DNA of 64,000 bases from Octopus vulgaris (taxonomy: Eukaryota), in assembly GCA_951406725.2 (NCBI GenBank), contig OX597828.1:66836001-66900000 (forward strand), in the 5' to 3' direction. Positions within the stretch are counted from its first letter, which is position 1, and each line of letters starts with the position of its first letter. Both the position numbers and the translations under genes were made by a program. Below, piece by piece: positions 49,239-61,040 of this stretch. The notes under the pieces are model-generated. The model saw nothing but the letters and a program-made list of their open reading frames with translations. It had not been told where the DNA came from and ran no database searches.

Positions 49239-50455
49239 TCTGATTAGTTTATTTATTGATACTTTACAATCCGCAAACGACAAAAGAAAGATAAACAAAC
49301 AGAAACCCAACTAATTAACATATCAAATGAGGCAGTGTTAATGAAATGCTGCTGTAATGTCTGTGTTTGAACAGAGCAGTTTGTCAGCAAAAGTGGTCAA
49401 AATGATTATTATTAAATAATTATAATTAAATCTAATTGCAATTGTGTATACTGAGAAGTTTGGAAATACTGGAAAGGATTGTTTCTTCTAGTGGAAGCTA
49501 AAGCTAATGTTGTTTGTAGCCTGATGGTTTTATTTCTGCTGGTCATGATGGATATATCTACAACTGCTATTAAAACTTGAAGTCTTGGGTATCTATTGTT
49601 TGGGTGGCCTTGATGTTGGCAAAGAAAATGAAATCTTTGATTGCTAATGGAAAGTGATGACAGGTTTTCTTATATTTGAAAGCTGAAAAACGTATCTCTG
49701 AATTGTCTAGACAGTTTTGTTCCTGCCAATCTTGGCAAAGCCCCTAACTGCTGTTTGAAGGTTAGCATTTTTGGCTGACCATAATGTTAATAGTCAATTT
49801 AACCTAATTAATTAATAGCCTTAGTAAGAATATGACTTTCTACAATTTTGTAAATCATATTTTTTTCATTTTACACTGATTATATAAACCTGTGATACCT
49901 CATATTCTGCTAAAAGAATGCAGCATTATCACTGATAAACACCTGAGTTTATCATATTATTATTCTTTCCCATTGATTAAGTAGTAGATCATAATTAGTG
50001 CTCAATGCAGTGTTTGTACAGACAAAAGTGTGTGTATGTACTCACATTTTTATATACCTGTAAAATGATACTCGTTCTTATTACACCAGTGTAATAATTC
50101 TGTTTCTCAAATTAACCTGAATCAAAGTTCTCATATCTAAAACGGTTTTTAATTAGTTCCTTTCTTTTAATGTTTACTCTCTTTCTAACTCATCTGATTT
50201 CTTTGCACCTGCACCACTAACACTAATCAGGCCAACACTGCCTCTCTACTCATCCTTTTATGTGAAATGGTGTAGTAGGGATCTGGCTGTTAAACCTGTG
50301 TGAACCTAACAAATCTGATTGGGTTGGCAGTGAACTATGTCTTTTTTTTAAATATATGTTCCCATGGAATCATTTCACTACAAAAATTAAATTATTCTCT
50401 TGTATTCATAAAACAATACCACAAATTATTTCATTGTAAAAATGTCTAGTCAATT

Positions 50456-50500
50456 ATTAAAGATGATTGTAACAGCTTTTGATTGTTATTTGTTTGTGTG
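50456..50500 (+). terminator. Candidate NBAS polyadenylation signal (ATTAAA plus downstream GU/U-rich element)
   Basis: ATTAAA at 50456-50461 followed by ttgattgttatttgtttgtgtg; 49239-50690 has no recognisable repeats, consistent with a 3' UTR of about 1.2 kb. Confidence 0.4.
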
Positions 50501-51174
50501 AATCATTTCTGAGGTGGATAAATTTCAGGTAGCTTCTACATATGTTGGTAACAAAGGGTTTCTCTTTCTGTGGACATTGAAAGAAGTGTAGAAGATCTGT
50601 GGCTGCTTGTAGTTATGATCCTCTGTGCAAAGATAACCTTATGTTGCTAGAGTAAAGAGGAGTGGAGATGTTTAAAGCAATGACAGGCTCTTGTAGATTA
50701 ATCCTTTAGCATTTAAACTGGCCATATCAGGCAAAAATATTCTGTTTTATATTCATAAAGGCTAAATCTGGCCTCCCATGTCATTCTAAAAATAAAGTCA
50801 CATCGTCAAAGTCTTGAAGCTACAAGATAATGCATGATTCATTCAGAGCAATGTGAAGAAATAAGCAATTACATTTGAGAGAGTAATTTGAATGCTGAAG
50901 GGTTAAAAATCGGTTTGAATTTCTGTAGATTTGATTCCTGTTAGGAAAGAAAGATTAGAAGTGTTTAATATGTGTGACAATAGGAATATCAGCAGACATG
51001 GAGGTGTATCGCATGCTCTTGGATGGAAGCGTTACACAGCTTGCTGGTTTAGATAAGGAAAAACATGTAGTAATAGAAGTGAGAGAGAGAGACACACATA
51101 GACATTGGATAAAGGTTTATAAATCAAATGGATGAGATTGAGTGTATATCACTTGCACTATCTCTGATGTATGA

Positions 51175-52092
51175 CTAGTACTTGAATGAGTGTGGCACTT
51201 GTGCCTCGATGATAGGTAACTGAACATAGCTGAAGCAGATTCTGGCTCTGAAGAGAAAATATAGCTTCTGGGTAATGGTTTTGGTTATGTTGATAGAAAT
51301 ATGATCACTGTAGAATATCATTAGTTGTAAAACTTTATCTGTAAAGATTATGAAAATCTTTGTATGTTCATGAGTGTGGGTGCTTTTAGATTGCGTAGGA
51401 GGATGACAGGGCAACCGACTTTTAAGTGAAGTTCATGGGGTGGGAGTCCTGGAGGATCTTGGGAGTTGGGAAATTCAGTTGGAAAGTGTGTAACCTGATC
51501 GAGGTCAGTAATGGTGTCAACTGATCTGTAACAACGTTCTTGAGAAGGTGGCTGACTGAGTAAGTTGTAGTTATGAGTGTTGACAGCTGCATTTGTAGGT
51601 GCAAGAACAGGCCTGACACGAAGCCAATCTGGTTTGGCGGTTTGCAGTGAATGGACATTGTAAAAACTATAGCTGTCACAACTTAGTATGCGTAAAAACA
51701 TGTATAGTATGGATTAATTCAAATTACATGGCAACGTGAAGGAAGTGCTAATATGCAAATATGGTCGGTCTACAGTGAATGAGCATTACAAAGAGTTGTG
51801 GTCGGTCACACACACGTAAGGGAGACAACCAATTTCTGACTTACTTCGCAAAGAATTACCTCCCTTGCCCTCTGTAGAAGGTTTTTCTGAGCTTCCGAAC
51901 CTAGAAGCTCCATAACACCATATTACTTCATAAGTGAAAATCCTAAAGAGTGTACAACCATTTGTGGAATATAAGTGATGTATTTGCCAAGCGTGAACGG
52001 AATCGGATGAAAAATATTGATTTTACGTGGGATCAAGCTAATGGTCTCACACACACAGACACACACGCACATCTTCCGTCTTATATACATAT
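51175..52092 (-). mobile_element. Decayed Helitron with PIF1-like helicase fragment
   Basis: WLRVRPVLAPTNAAVNTHN...YRSVDT...FPTEFPNSQDPPGLPPHELHLKVGCPVILLRNL (RepHel helicase); CTAG at 51175 and a TATATAAGACGG-type 5' end near 52090. Confidence 0.8.
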
Positions 52093-52139
52093 ATTACTTA
52101 CAGTTCTGTATTTAAGAGATGAGGAATTATTTACATTTA

Positions 52140-52390
52140 GTTTCTCCCTTATGGAGAGTATGACTGTCTAGTATATTTTTGCTAATTCGTCCTAAATCCA
52201 ATTTGGTGGGGCAGATGAGTCTAATAGAGGTTTTGGTTAAGAAGTCTGGTTTATGGTCCTTAAGATTGAAGTGTGGTATTCTCGGGTTGTAGGGCTCGGT
52301 GCGATCGTCGACTTCGAGTGTATTTACAAGTTTGCATTGGGGTATTGATGGTGTCCAGCGCTGATTTTGGGACCGTCCTATAGGATTTGT
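52140..52390 (-). mobile_element. Penelope-like retroelement RT N-terminal fragment
   Basis: minus-strand translation LEVDDRTEPYNPRIPHFNLKDHKPDFLTKTSIRLICPTKLDLGRISKNILD matches the PLE RT motif LKDHK.NF....RLI.P.K...G.ISK. Confidence 0.75.
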
Positions 52391-52479
52391 GTAGCTCGCA
52401 CAACACTCGACCTACGAGCACTAATACTTGTATTAGACCTTCCAACTCTCCAACAGACACTAGGAATTACACCTCTCCT

Positions 52480-52920
52480 AATAAAAGCGGTGGGAGATCT
52501 ATTCTCTGGTATACATTTCCATTCGCTTTAAACGGCAGGGGCCTCTTTAAACGTTAAGGTTTTCTTCAAGTAGAGGCCAATTATCCACGTAACCATAAGT
52601 ATCATTCTATCTTTAACAGAACCACTTTGAAATTATCCTATTCATTTACACCAAATGTAGAATCTATTATCACCTCATCTAATAAACATAAACTTAGCTC
52701 CTACTATCTGTATACATACAACCCTACTATAGACCTATACAATGGAAGCACTAACATCGATCGCAATAACATATCTAACACCCATTGCCAGACCACTTTA
52801 AGCAATTTAAACATACATAATGTAATTCTCACATCTGAGGGTAATAGGCGCACACCTGAAACCGACGCCAACACTAATAAGCACACTGATACTAACAAAA
52901 CTAATTACATTATAACTCAC
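52480..52920 (+). mobile_element. Penelope-like element fragment (region after RT), inverted relative to the adjacent RT piece
   Basis: ILWYTFPF...YPRNHKYHSIFNRTTLKLSYSFTPNVESIITSSNKHKL matches the PLE motif W..P....FP..HK.H.IFNR.T.K.SYS..PN...II..N. Confidence 0.72.
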
Positions 52921-53728
52921 TAAAACTATTTATATCTGACAATCTCTTTTGTGTTTCCTGTGACGGACAATTGCTTTCTCGTGTTACTGGATGGTTCCAA
53001 TACTCTGCCATTGAACATCAAAATTTTGTGCATTCCAATTTGTATTTCCTGCAGTAATTTTTCCATTTGACTTGTCACATTTTTGTACCATAACTCGTTG
53101 GTTGCGATCACTTGCCATCTTTGCTCTTTCATGTGCCTGCTCCAATTATTCTGTTTTCGCACTTCCGCACTCAGGGGTGGGGGAGCCCTTTGTAGCGGCA
53201 CAAGCAGTCAGCGCCGTATTGGATGAGATCTCGCGGCAGCCATTGCCATCTCCGAGACTGGAGCGAGACCTCATCTGCATCCATTTGCCATGCGCGAGAT
53301 CACAACGAGGCTTGCGATAGAAACGATGTAGACGGAAAACTGATTCAGTCCTGTCTCTCCTTTGGCGCCATTACACAGCAGCACTGGGTGAACACCACCA
53401 CTGGCAGAGCTTTCTGGCTGTCTATCTGCAGAGGCAATGCGTCCGCACTATTCGGAGCTTAAGATGGTGGCGGAGAGCAGCACACTTCACCTTTCCTGTA
53501 AATAAACCAGTTGTAAATAGCAGTTTTACTTGAAGTCTTTTCTCTTCGCCTGCCGGAAGCCTAAACTACAAGAACAAGAAGAATGATGGAAAGACATGAT
53601 ATTCCTCCGATATCATAAACCTTGCTTTCCATTATTAAATATATATATATATATATATATTGGTAAAACGGTAAGATAACGAAAGAAAGAAAGAGACCTC
53701 AATATTATGTAAATAGAGGAAATTTATC

Positions 53729-53803
53729 TATACAATAATATGTTACATTACTCAATAGTCAAGATAATCTTGACTATTGAGTAATGTAACATATTATTGT
53801 ATA
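53729..53803. repeat. Perfect palindrome, 37-bp arms, 1-nt centre
   Basis: tatacaataatatgttacattactcaatagtcaagat-a-atcttgactattgagtaatgtaacatattattgtata. Confidence 0.9.
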
Positions 53804-54179
53804 TATATATATAATGGTTTTCTTTCAGTTTTCGTCTACCACATCCACTCACAAGGCTTTGGTCAGCCCGAAGTTATAGTGGAAGATACTTACTCAAGGT
53901 ACCATGTGGTTTGAACCCGGAACCATGTGGTTGGGAAGCAAGCTTCCTACCACACAGCTACGCTGCGCCAATGGTCAGATTATAAGGAAGAGAGTTCTAA
54001 ACAGACTAAAAAATAAAATGCAGAATAAAATAAAATAAAGCATTTAGAGATAATAAAACGATGAGGAGGTTAAGACTGACCCCTTCAGTACTTATCAATC
54101 GTTTCCTGGTCTCTTTTAAGGTAATTTAGATCCTTAAAAAAGGCAAGAAAATAGTTGATAAGCACTGAAACGGTCAATA

Positions 54180-54619
54180 ATCTGTGACCAGGTGGACAAA
54201 TTAAACGCAGTGACCCACCAGAAGTACCTTAGAGCATGCTAATCACATGGGCATTCTCTTTCATCAGGACAAGTGTCATACTGCACACGTGACATGTATT
54301 ATTGGGGCTTGGCTGGGAAGTTTCGCTTCGCCCTCCATATTCGCCCGCCTTTGTGCCTCTAGATTTCCACCAGTTTCAGTCTCTTCACAATTCGTTGAAT
54401 AGACAAGGTGAAGAAGATGTAAAAGTTCACCTGAAAGAGTTCTGCCAGTAAAGACAGGAAATTCTTTGAGCAGGAAATAATGGATCTGCCGGCAAGGTGG
54501 CAGAAGATCCTGAAACTAACAGAAAATTATATCTTTGATTGAATAAATCGCAATGTTTAAAACTTATGTTTATTTTCCCTTAAAAAATAAACCGAGGGAA
54601 CTTTTTACCCAACCTAATA
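54180..54619 (+). mobile_element. Mariner 3' fragment
   Basis: degenerate GILFHQD, LGWEV..RPPYSP...P.DFHQFQSL, LPARWQK; right TIR gaactttttacccaacctaata. Confidence 0.75.
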
Positions 54620-54699
54620 TATATATAATCCCTCACAAAAATAGAATGTTAGTTATGGAAACTATACTTGCAGTGCAAAATCAAAATCAACATGCACTC

Positions 54700-54878
54700 T
54701 TATCGACCTCGTAACTTCGCTTTCTGCCATTTAAGATGTCGGCATTGATACGTCAACGACGATAATCCTCATATGACGTCATTTCTCACTTCACAATTCG
54801 GAATATGCTCCATCGTCTCTGCATGTTCATAAATTTCTTTTCCGGCTTTCCCACAGGTTGCATTCGCTAAGCGTAAGT
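54700..54878 (+). promoter_or_regulatory. Candidate promoter/first exon or 16-nt micro-exon (54857-54872) of a downstream gene
   Basis: locally CpG-enriched non-repetitive stretch with TGACGTCA (54774-54781) and GCCATTT, then cccacag|GTTGCATTCGCTAAGC|gtaagt. Confidence 0.35.
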
Positions 54879-55640
54879 AATTTTTATAAAATTTATTTTC
54901 TTAGCCTTTTGAATAATGATTCAACCTGCCAGAAATAGCGACCCAATTTCTTCAAATCACACCCTATCACGAAGGAAATATTTGACATTATCTAACCAAA
55001 AAAAAAAAAAAAAAGATCTGGAGCTTCACATTGTAACACATTTCATAATAAGCCCGACAAAATATTGCATTTAGTCGTAAGATGGGTCACTGTTGGAAGG
55101 CTTTTGACAGAGGGTCCGCTCTATCAAGTTTGACCTGTAGCGAAGCATCAACATCAAAACAACAACGCTGAAAAACTGACTTCAGTTTTTGACTATGTTG
55201 TTCTGCATTGTTGTTGTTGTTGCTATTTAACCTCAAGGCGGCCCTGATCCATCAAACCCACGATCAGAATACTGAAGCCAAGATCATCACGAGGATTTTC
55301 AGGAGTAGTGTAAATCTCTTATTTTTTAAATGGTAGAGTGTGGTTAGAAAGAGATTCCGTCACTATTTCTGACTGGTCCAGCGACCACGCGGAGGCTTTG
55401 GCATTTATCTATAACATTCTCTGCATTTTTGTACTCTTTGTTGTTTGTTTCTCTTATTTTACGACAGCCAGAGAAAAGGGGCTGTATTTATGACCTTTAC
55501 AGGTCTCTGGACACTGGCGAAATTGATTAATTAGTATTCAACTCGAAAATGTGTAGTTGTTGCTGTTATTGTTTATTTCTAGGTCAGCTCTGATCCTGTA
55601 AATCTTTGATCAAAAAATTTCAAACCATGACCGTCAAGGT

Positions 55641-56081
55641 AGAAAATGGAGAAGATATTCTTCAATTGACAAACATCTGCAAGTTCTATATAATGAATTA
55701 CAATCATAGGAATAAATAAATAAATAAATAAATAGATAAATGAATGCAACTCTAGTCTTACAGCTGTTTCTGCTGTGGGGGTCCAGCATGCTAAAGTTGA
55801 CACATCATGCAAGAATTATACAAAAATCGAACCCAAAGCTTCATCGGGAGAGTACCCGAAAGACCATCATGGACTCTCTGATGAAGCTTTGGCGTTCAAT
55901 TTTTGAATAATTGTTGTATGATGTGTCAACTTTGGCATGCTGGATCCCCAAAGTAGAAACGTCTATAAGAGTAGAGTTGTATTAATTAATTAATTAATTA
56001 ATTAATTTATTTATTCCTATGATTGTAATTAATAAATAGATCTTGCTGATGCTTGTCAATTGAATCTCTTCTCCATTTTCT
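55641..56081. mobile_element. Large fold-back element (about 210-bp arms) carrying hammerheads in both arms
   Basis: arms about 55641-55853 / 55873-56081 are near reverse complements. Confidence 0.7.
55754..55972. ncRNA. Paired hammerhead-like motifs with long stem II loop: 55754-55853 (-) and 55873-55972 (+)
   Basis: plus: actct-CTGATGA-a-gctttgg...ccaaagt-a-GAAAC-gtct-ATA-agagt; the minus arm has CCGATGA but an intact GAAAC-AGCT-GTA. Confidence 0.7.
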
Positions 56082-57378
56082 TCTTTGCCTTATAAATTCT
56101 GGATAAACGTTTATTTATCTCCACTTATACCTATTATTCAATTGTACTATTGCCATGCAACATTAAGCGTTTGGAAATAAATAGGTATACATTCAGTAGT
56201 ATATTGGATATTTATTATCCCTTAGATGGTTGTCTAACCTCTGACTAATATTTATGTAATATATATATTATATATATAATTTTTAATCGAAAAAATTTCT
56301 ACACGATGAACTTTTATTTTACCTTATATATTATATATTTATATGTTTCCTATAAATAATTTACAATATAAGGGCGAAAGAAAAATTCTAATGCCAAATA
56401 TGCCGAAAAAAGACAAAAATTGTCAATTAACCATTATAATTTATGCGTCTCGAAACAAACCGATAGAAATTTCTAAAAAATTCGTTATTACCGTATTGGA
56501 CCAATTTTGGAGTTAATTCATAAGAATTTTCTCCTCTGCAGCGGCAAATACGCGAGGTATAAGTGAAATACTTACTCATACCCATGGAAAAAGCAAGCAC
56601 CATATATGTGTTTCCTATATATATGTATTTCTATATTTTTATATATTTATATATTTCTTTATATTTTTATATATTTATTATTCTAGATGTTATAATGTTA
56701 AAATGTATTTTTTTAGTCGCTAAAGTATTAATTTTTAATCGCGATAGACTCTACTCACACATTTCTCTTATATGTTTGTATTAATGAATTATGTTTCATC
56801 TTCTGTGATTTTATGCATCTTTATTCTATGCGTAAGAAAAAGCATTATGTGATTAAATGTTCGAGATGTGATATGTTTCGTGGACGACCTTATATTTGAT
56901 TGTTCTGCAACCTTGGTTTACTATACCCTTTTACTCTTTACTCTTTTACTTGTTTCAGTCATTTGACTGCGGCCATGCTGGAGCACCGCCTTTAGTCGAG
57001 CAACTAGACCCAAGGACTTATTCTTTGCAAGCCCAGTACTTATTCTATCGGTCTCTTTTGCCGAACCGCTAAGTGACGGGGACGTAAACACGCCAGCATC
57101 GGTTGTCAAGCAATGCTAGGGGGACAAACACAGACACATACATATATATATATATATATATACATATACACATATATACGACGGTCTTCTTTCAGTTTCC
57201 CTCTACCAAATCCACTCACAAGGCATTGGTCAGACCGGGGCTATAGCAGAAGACACTTGCCCAAGGTGCTACGCAGTGGGACTGAGCCCGGAACCATGTG
57301 GTTGGTTAGCAAGCTACTTACCACACAGCCACTCCTGCGCCTATATATATATATAATTACTATGAAGCATTGTGTAGA

Positions 57379-57616
57379 ATATATTGTATAAAGAATCGTG
57401 GGTAAGGACAGAACAATGCGAAGTAAATGCAAGGTAAATCACAAGAAACAAATATATGAATTAATGGAGATCTACCTTGCATTCAATATTTGGCACATAA
57501 ACCCAAAATATTGAATTCAAGGTAGGTCTCCATTAATTCCTATATTTGTTTTTATGATTTGCTTTGCATTTGCTTCGCATTGTTCTGGCCTTACCACGAT
57601 CCTTTATACAATATAT
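57379..57616. repeat. Long imperfect palindrome (about 110-bp arms)
   Basis: atattgtataaag...attcaatattt / aaatattgaat...ctttatacaatat. Confidence 0.8.
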
Positions 57617-57854
57617 ATATATTTATATGAATTTTCAGGATTCGATAGAATTAGGATATTTCGATAACTAAGTAGAGTCGGAGACAAGCAATGTGCTCTA
57701 GCAATATGTACAGACATACACGTACTTTCTAATGTAAATACGGATTTATCCTTCCAGTTATGCACACTCACTCAGCTGTAACCAAGATGGGAAGGTTAAC
57801 TTGCATTATGTTCTATCTTTGTGAAGAATCCTAGGTGTTAAATTTTACTCTTAA

Positions 57855-57936
57855 TTCACCCGAAGAAAACGGTTTTTTGCATGATGTAACATTTTTGTTT
57901 ATCAATAAAGAACAGGTCTGAAACAGCTGTAGTGAA
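57855..57936 (+). ncRNA. Degenerate hammerhead-like motif
   Basis: ttcac-CCGAAGA-...-gtct-GAAAC-AGCT-GTA-gtgaa; 5-bp stem I, palindromic ACAGCTGT stem III, U4C change. Confidence 0.6.
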
Positions 57937-57985
57937 CTTAAAAAACCCACCTGTGTTATATATATATATATATATATACAATATA

Positions 57986-58402
57986 TAAAATTATAATTTA
58001 GGGTATCTAAGAGATACTACCACGCTGGAAATAGCAGCCAAAACCTGACTCTAAAACCACATTAAATGTTCATACAGCACCAGGAGAGAAGACAAAAGGA
58101 TAAAATGAACTAGCAAAAAATTACTGGATAATTCCAGATCCCAGATTTCTGGGTCTGCATAAGAAATCCGGGATCTGGAATTATCTAGTAATTTTTTACT
58201 AGTTTATTTTGATCTTTTGCCTTCTCTCCTGGTGTTATGTGAACATTTTAATGTGGTTCAGAGTCATGTTTTGACTGGTATTTCCAGCGTGGCTGTATCT
58301 CTTAGATAACCTAAATTATAATTTTAATAATAATTATTACCTTTGAAGGTTTTTATTCCCATGCTGGCCACTTGATAAGATCGATATTTAAATTATAACG
58401 AT

Positions 58403-58406
<4 letters not shown>
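57986..58406. mobile_element. Fold-back element with 165-bp arms plus tail; related split copy at 5116-5293 / 6254-6381
   Basis: arms 57986-58150 / 58162-58326, 11-nt loop; tail attattacctttgaagg...ccatgctg.ccactt shared with 6295-6335; inserted in (TA)n. Confidence 0.72.
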
Positions 58407-58453
<47 letters not shown>

Positions 58454-58714
58454 AGTAGCACGGGTACGCAGAAATTCCGGGATGGTGCCCGGCGTGCTGA
58501 AAGATCACTGGGAGTGAGGCACCCCTCAGTTTCTGTTGAAGCATGTCTCTAGGAGAAGGTCACTCTGATATAAAACTAGATATGCAGGGAATGGCATTGG
58601 ACATTTTGGGGATCTTTGGTTTGTGCAAGAGATCATGGCACTCCCACATTCCTGAGACTGCGACACATATTGGCACCAGACATCTTGCCTCGGCTTGTCT
58701 CTGGATAATGTCAA

Positions 58715-59830
58715 TACAGTATCCGGAAAGTTCGTGCCTATTTATAGTAGCTTACCTTTCGACTTACATTAGAACATGGTTGAGTCCATAAAATAGGATT
58801 TGACTACACCTCCATTTAGAGCACAGTTTAAACTATCTTTTCGCAGAAGAAGGTTTATGTTCCTATAACCTGTGTTAATTCTGTAACCTTTTAAAATGGA
58901 AGATAAGAAAGTTCATTTTTGGCACTTGATGCTTTCCTTTTTCCGTAAAGGGAAAAATGCCTCACAAGCAACCAAAGAAATATGCGCAGTTTACGGTGAT
59001 GTTTCTTTATCCGAAAGAACTGTACGGAAGTGGTTCGCAAGGTTCAGAGCTGGAGATTGTAGTTTATTGATAAAGAGCGATCAGGCAGACCATCTACTAC
59101 TGATGATGACCAAATCAAGTCATTAATTGAGAATAACCCACATTGCACAACCCGAGAATTGGCAGAAAGCCTCAACCTATCAAAATTCGTCGTTCACGAG
59201 TACCTAGTAAAGCTTGGGTACACAAATCGCTACGATGTTTGGGTACCACATGAGTTGAGTGAGAAGAACCTTTTGGATCGCATTTCCACGTGTGATTCGC
59301 TTTATAAACGGAATTGGAAAGGAATTCTGTACTATGATCTTCTCCCAAGTAACCAGACAATTAATTCTGAGAAATACTGCACACAACTGGACGAGTTAAA
59401 AGCAGCAATTCAAGAGAAACGTTCAGAATTGGCCAACAGGAAGGGTGTTGTTTTCCAACATGATAATGCAAGACTGCACGTTTCTTTGGGAACTAGCCAA
59501 GAATTGCTGCAGCTCAGCTGGGCTGTTACCCCACCCTCCATATTCACCAGATATTGCTCCTTCGGATTTCCACTTATTCAGGTCTCTGCAGAATAATCTT
59601 AATGGCAAAAATTTCAATTCCTTGGATGACGTAAAAAGATACCTTGATGAATTCTTTGCCATGAAACCACCTTAATTCTGGGAAGAGGATATTTTCAAGT
59701 TAAAGGAAAGATGGAGACGCATTGTGCAACAAAAGGGTTCATATTTGGTTGATGAAAAATGTAATGGCAAGTATTTATTGACCTTTTTCTTTCCTTTAAA
59801 AATCAGCACGAACTTCCGGACAACCCAATA
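58715..59830 (+). mobile_element. Mariner transposon, internally deleted and frameshifted
   Basis: TA-flanked imperfect TIRs (tccggaaagttcgtgc / gcacgaacttccgga); transposase pieces: HTH (KNASQATKEICAVYG...VRKWFARF), WVPHELSEKN, HDNA, PYSPDIAPSDFHLF; the first catalytic D segment is missing. Confidence 0.92.
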
Positions 59831-60599
59831 CATAACCCTACACGGTTACTTAAAAACCAGCATGAAGCAGTCTCCACCTGTATACATACATTTTTTAAGT
59901 CCTTAACATTTTCCCGCAGGTCTAAGTGTAAAGAAAATTATCACTGACATCTAGCTTAGACATATTGCCTGTCTGGCACTTCCACGTACACAACGCATTC
60001 ACTGTTACTAAATAAATAAGCAACACAAAACCTTCTCCGCCTATATACATAGACTCTTTAGGCCCATAGTTCTTCTATGGGTCTCATTAGCAATATATCT
60101 TCATTAACACAATGGATACTCGTGGTTGTAATTTTAATTTTTAAGTGCTAACTTTATCTTTGATTTTTTAAATTATTTTCATTTATTTTTATGATACTAA
60201 GTTTCAACCTTAGTTTTTACCTGCAAATCTTAAATTTTTTGTTTGCTAGGTAAGGCATCTATTTCTAGCATTAATGTTACTTGACAGTCCTAGGTCTCCC
60301 CTCTAAGTAAAATTTGACCAACCACTACAGATGACGGCCATTATGTCTTTTTACCACCGCTTTATTACCTATACATTCCCCCTCTCATTGGTACCCGGTC
60401 TTGTAGGTCTGGCATCTGCTTTATTTTTTCCTTATCTAGCTGTCCATCTTTACCTTTGCTCCCCCTAATTTCCTTGGACAGGAATACACTAATTAGTATG
60501 TATCTTGTACAAAGCTTTTATCTACCTATCTTTCTCACACCAGATCGTATTATTTAGTGTTACAAACTGCCACCTAAATACAACAGCCAACAAAACAGG

Positions 60600-61040
60600 T
60601 TGCATTAAACATACAAAATACACCAGGACTAATAAATCCAACCGAAAATATAAAACCCACACCGTACTCTGGTACAGCCCGATCCACGGATCGAATGTTT
60701 CTCCGAAGATCTCTAAGCAGTTCTTTACAGCCTTAGACAGGTGTTTCCCCAAATCACACAAATACCACTCCATATTTAACTGGCATAACTTGCAGCAGCA
60801 GCATATGCACCGAATCAACTACAGGAAATTAAATAATGATTTGAACAACACTAACGAATTCTCCTTTGACCACCCCCAGGAGGTACTAAGTATAGGAATC
60901 CACATCACTAACCACTCCAGAAATAATAACAACCAAATCCTAAATAACTCCGTAAGCCCACATAACAACAACATAGCGGAATCAAGATGGAACCAACAAC
61001 AAGAACCAAGATGGAACGAGTACAGTCAGACCGGCTGCGA
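60600..61040 (+). mobile_element. Penelope-like element fragment (region after RT)
   Basis: TVLWYSPIHGSNVSPKISKQFFTALDRCFPKSHKYHSIFNWHNL within ORF 60505-61044. Confidence 0.7.

Noticed and set aside
51348-51701. Cellular PIF1 helicase gene
   Set aside because: Fragmentary, intronless, decayed, and bounded by Helitron-like ends.
58896-59760. SETMAR-like host gene or functional transposase
   Set aside because: No SET domain; frameshifts, a stop codon and loss of the first catalytic aspartate region; bounded by TIRs.
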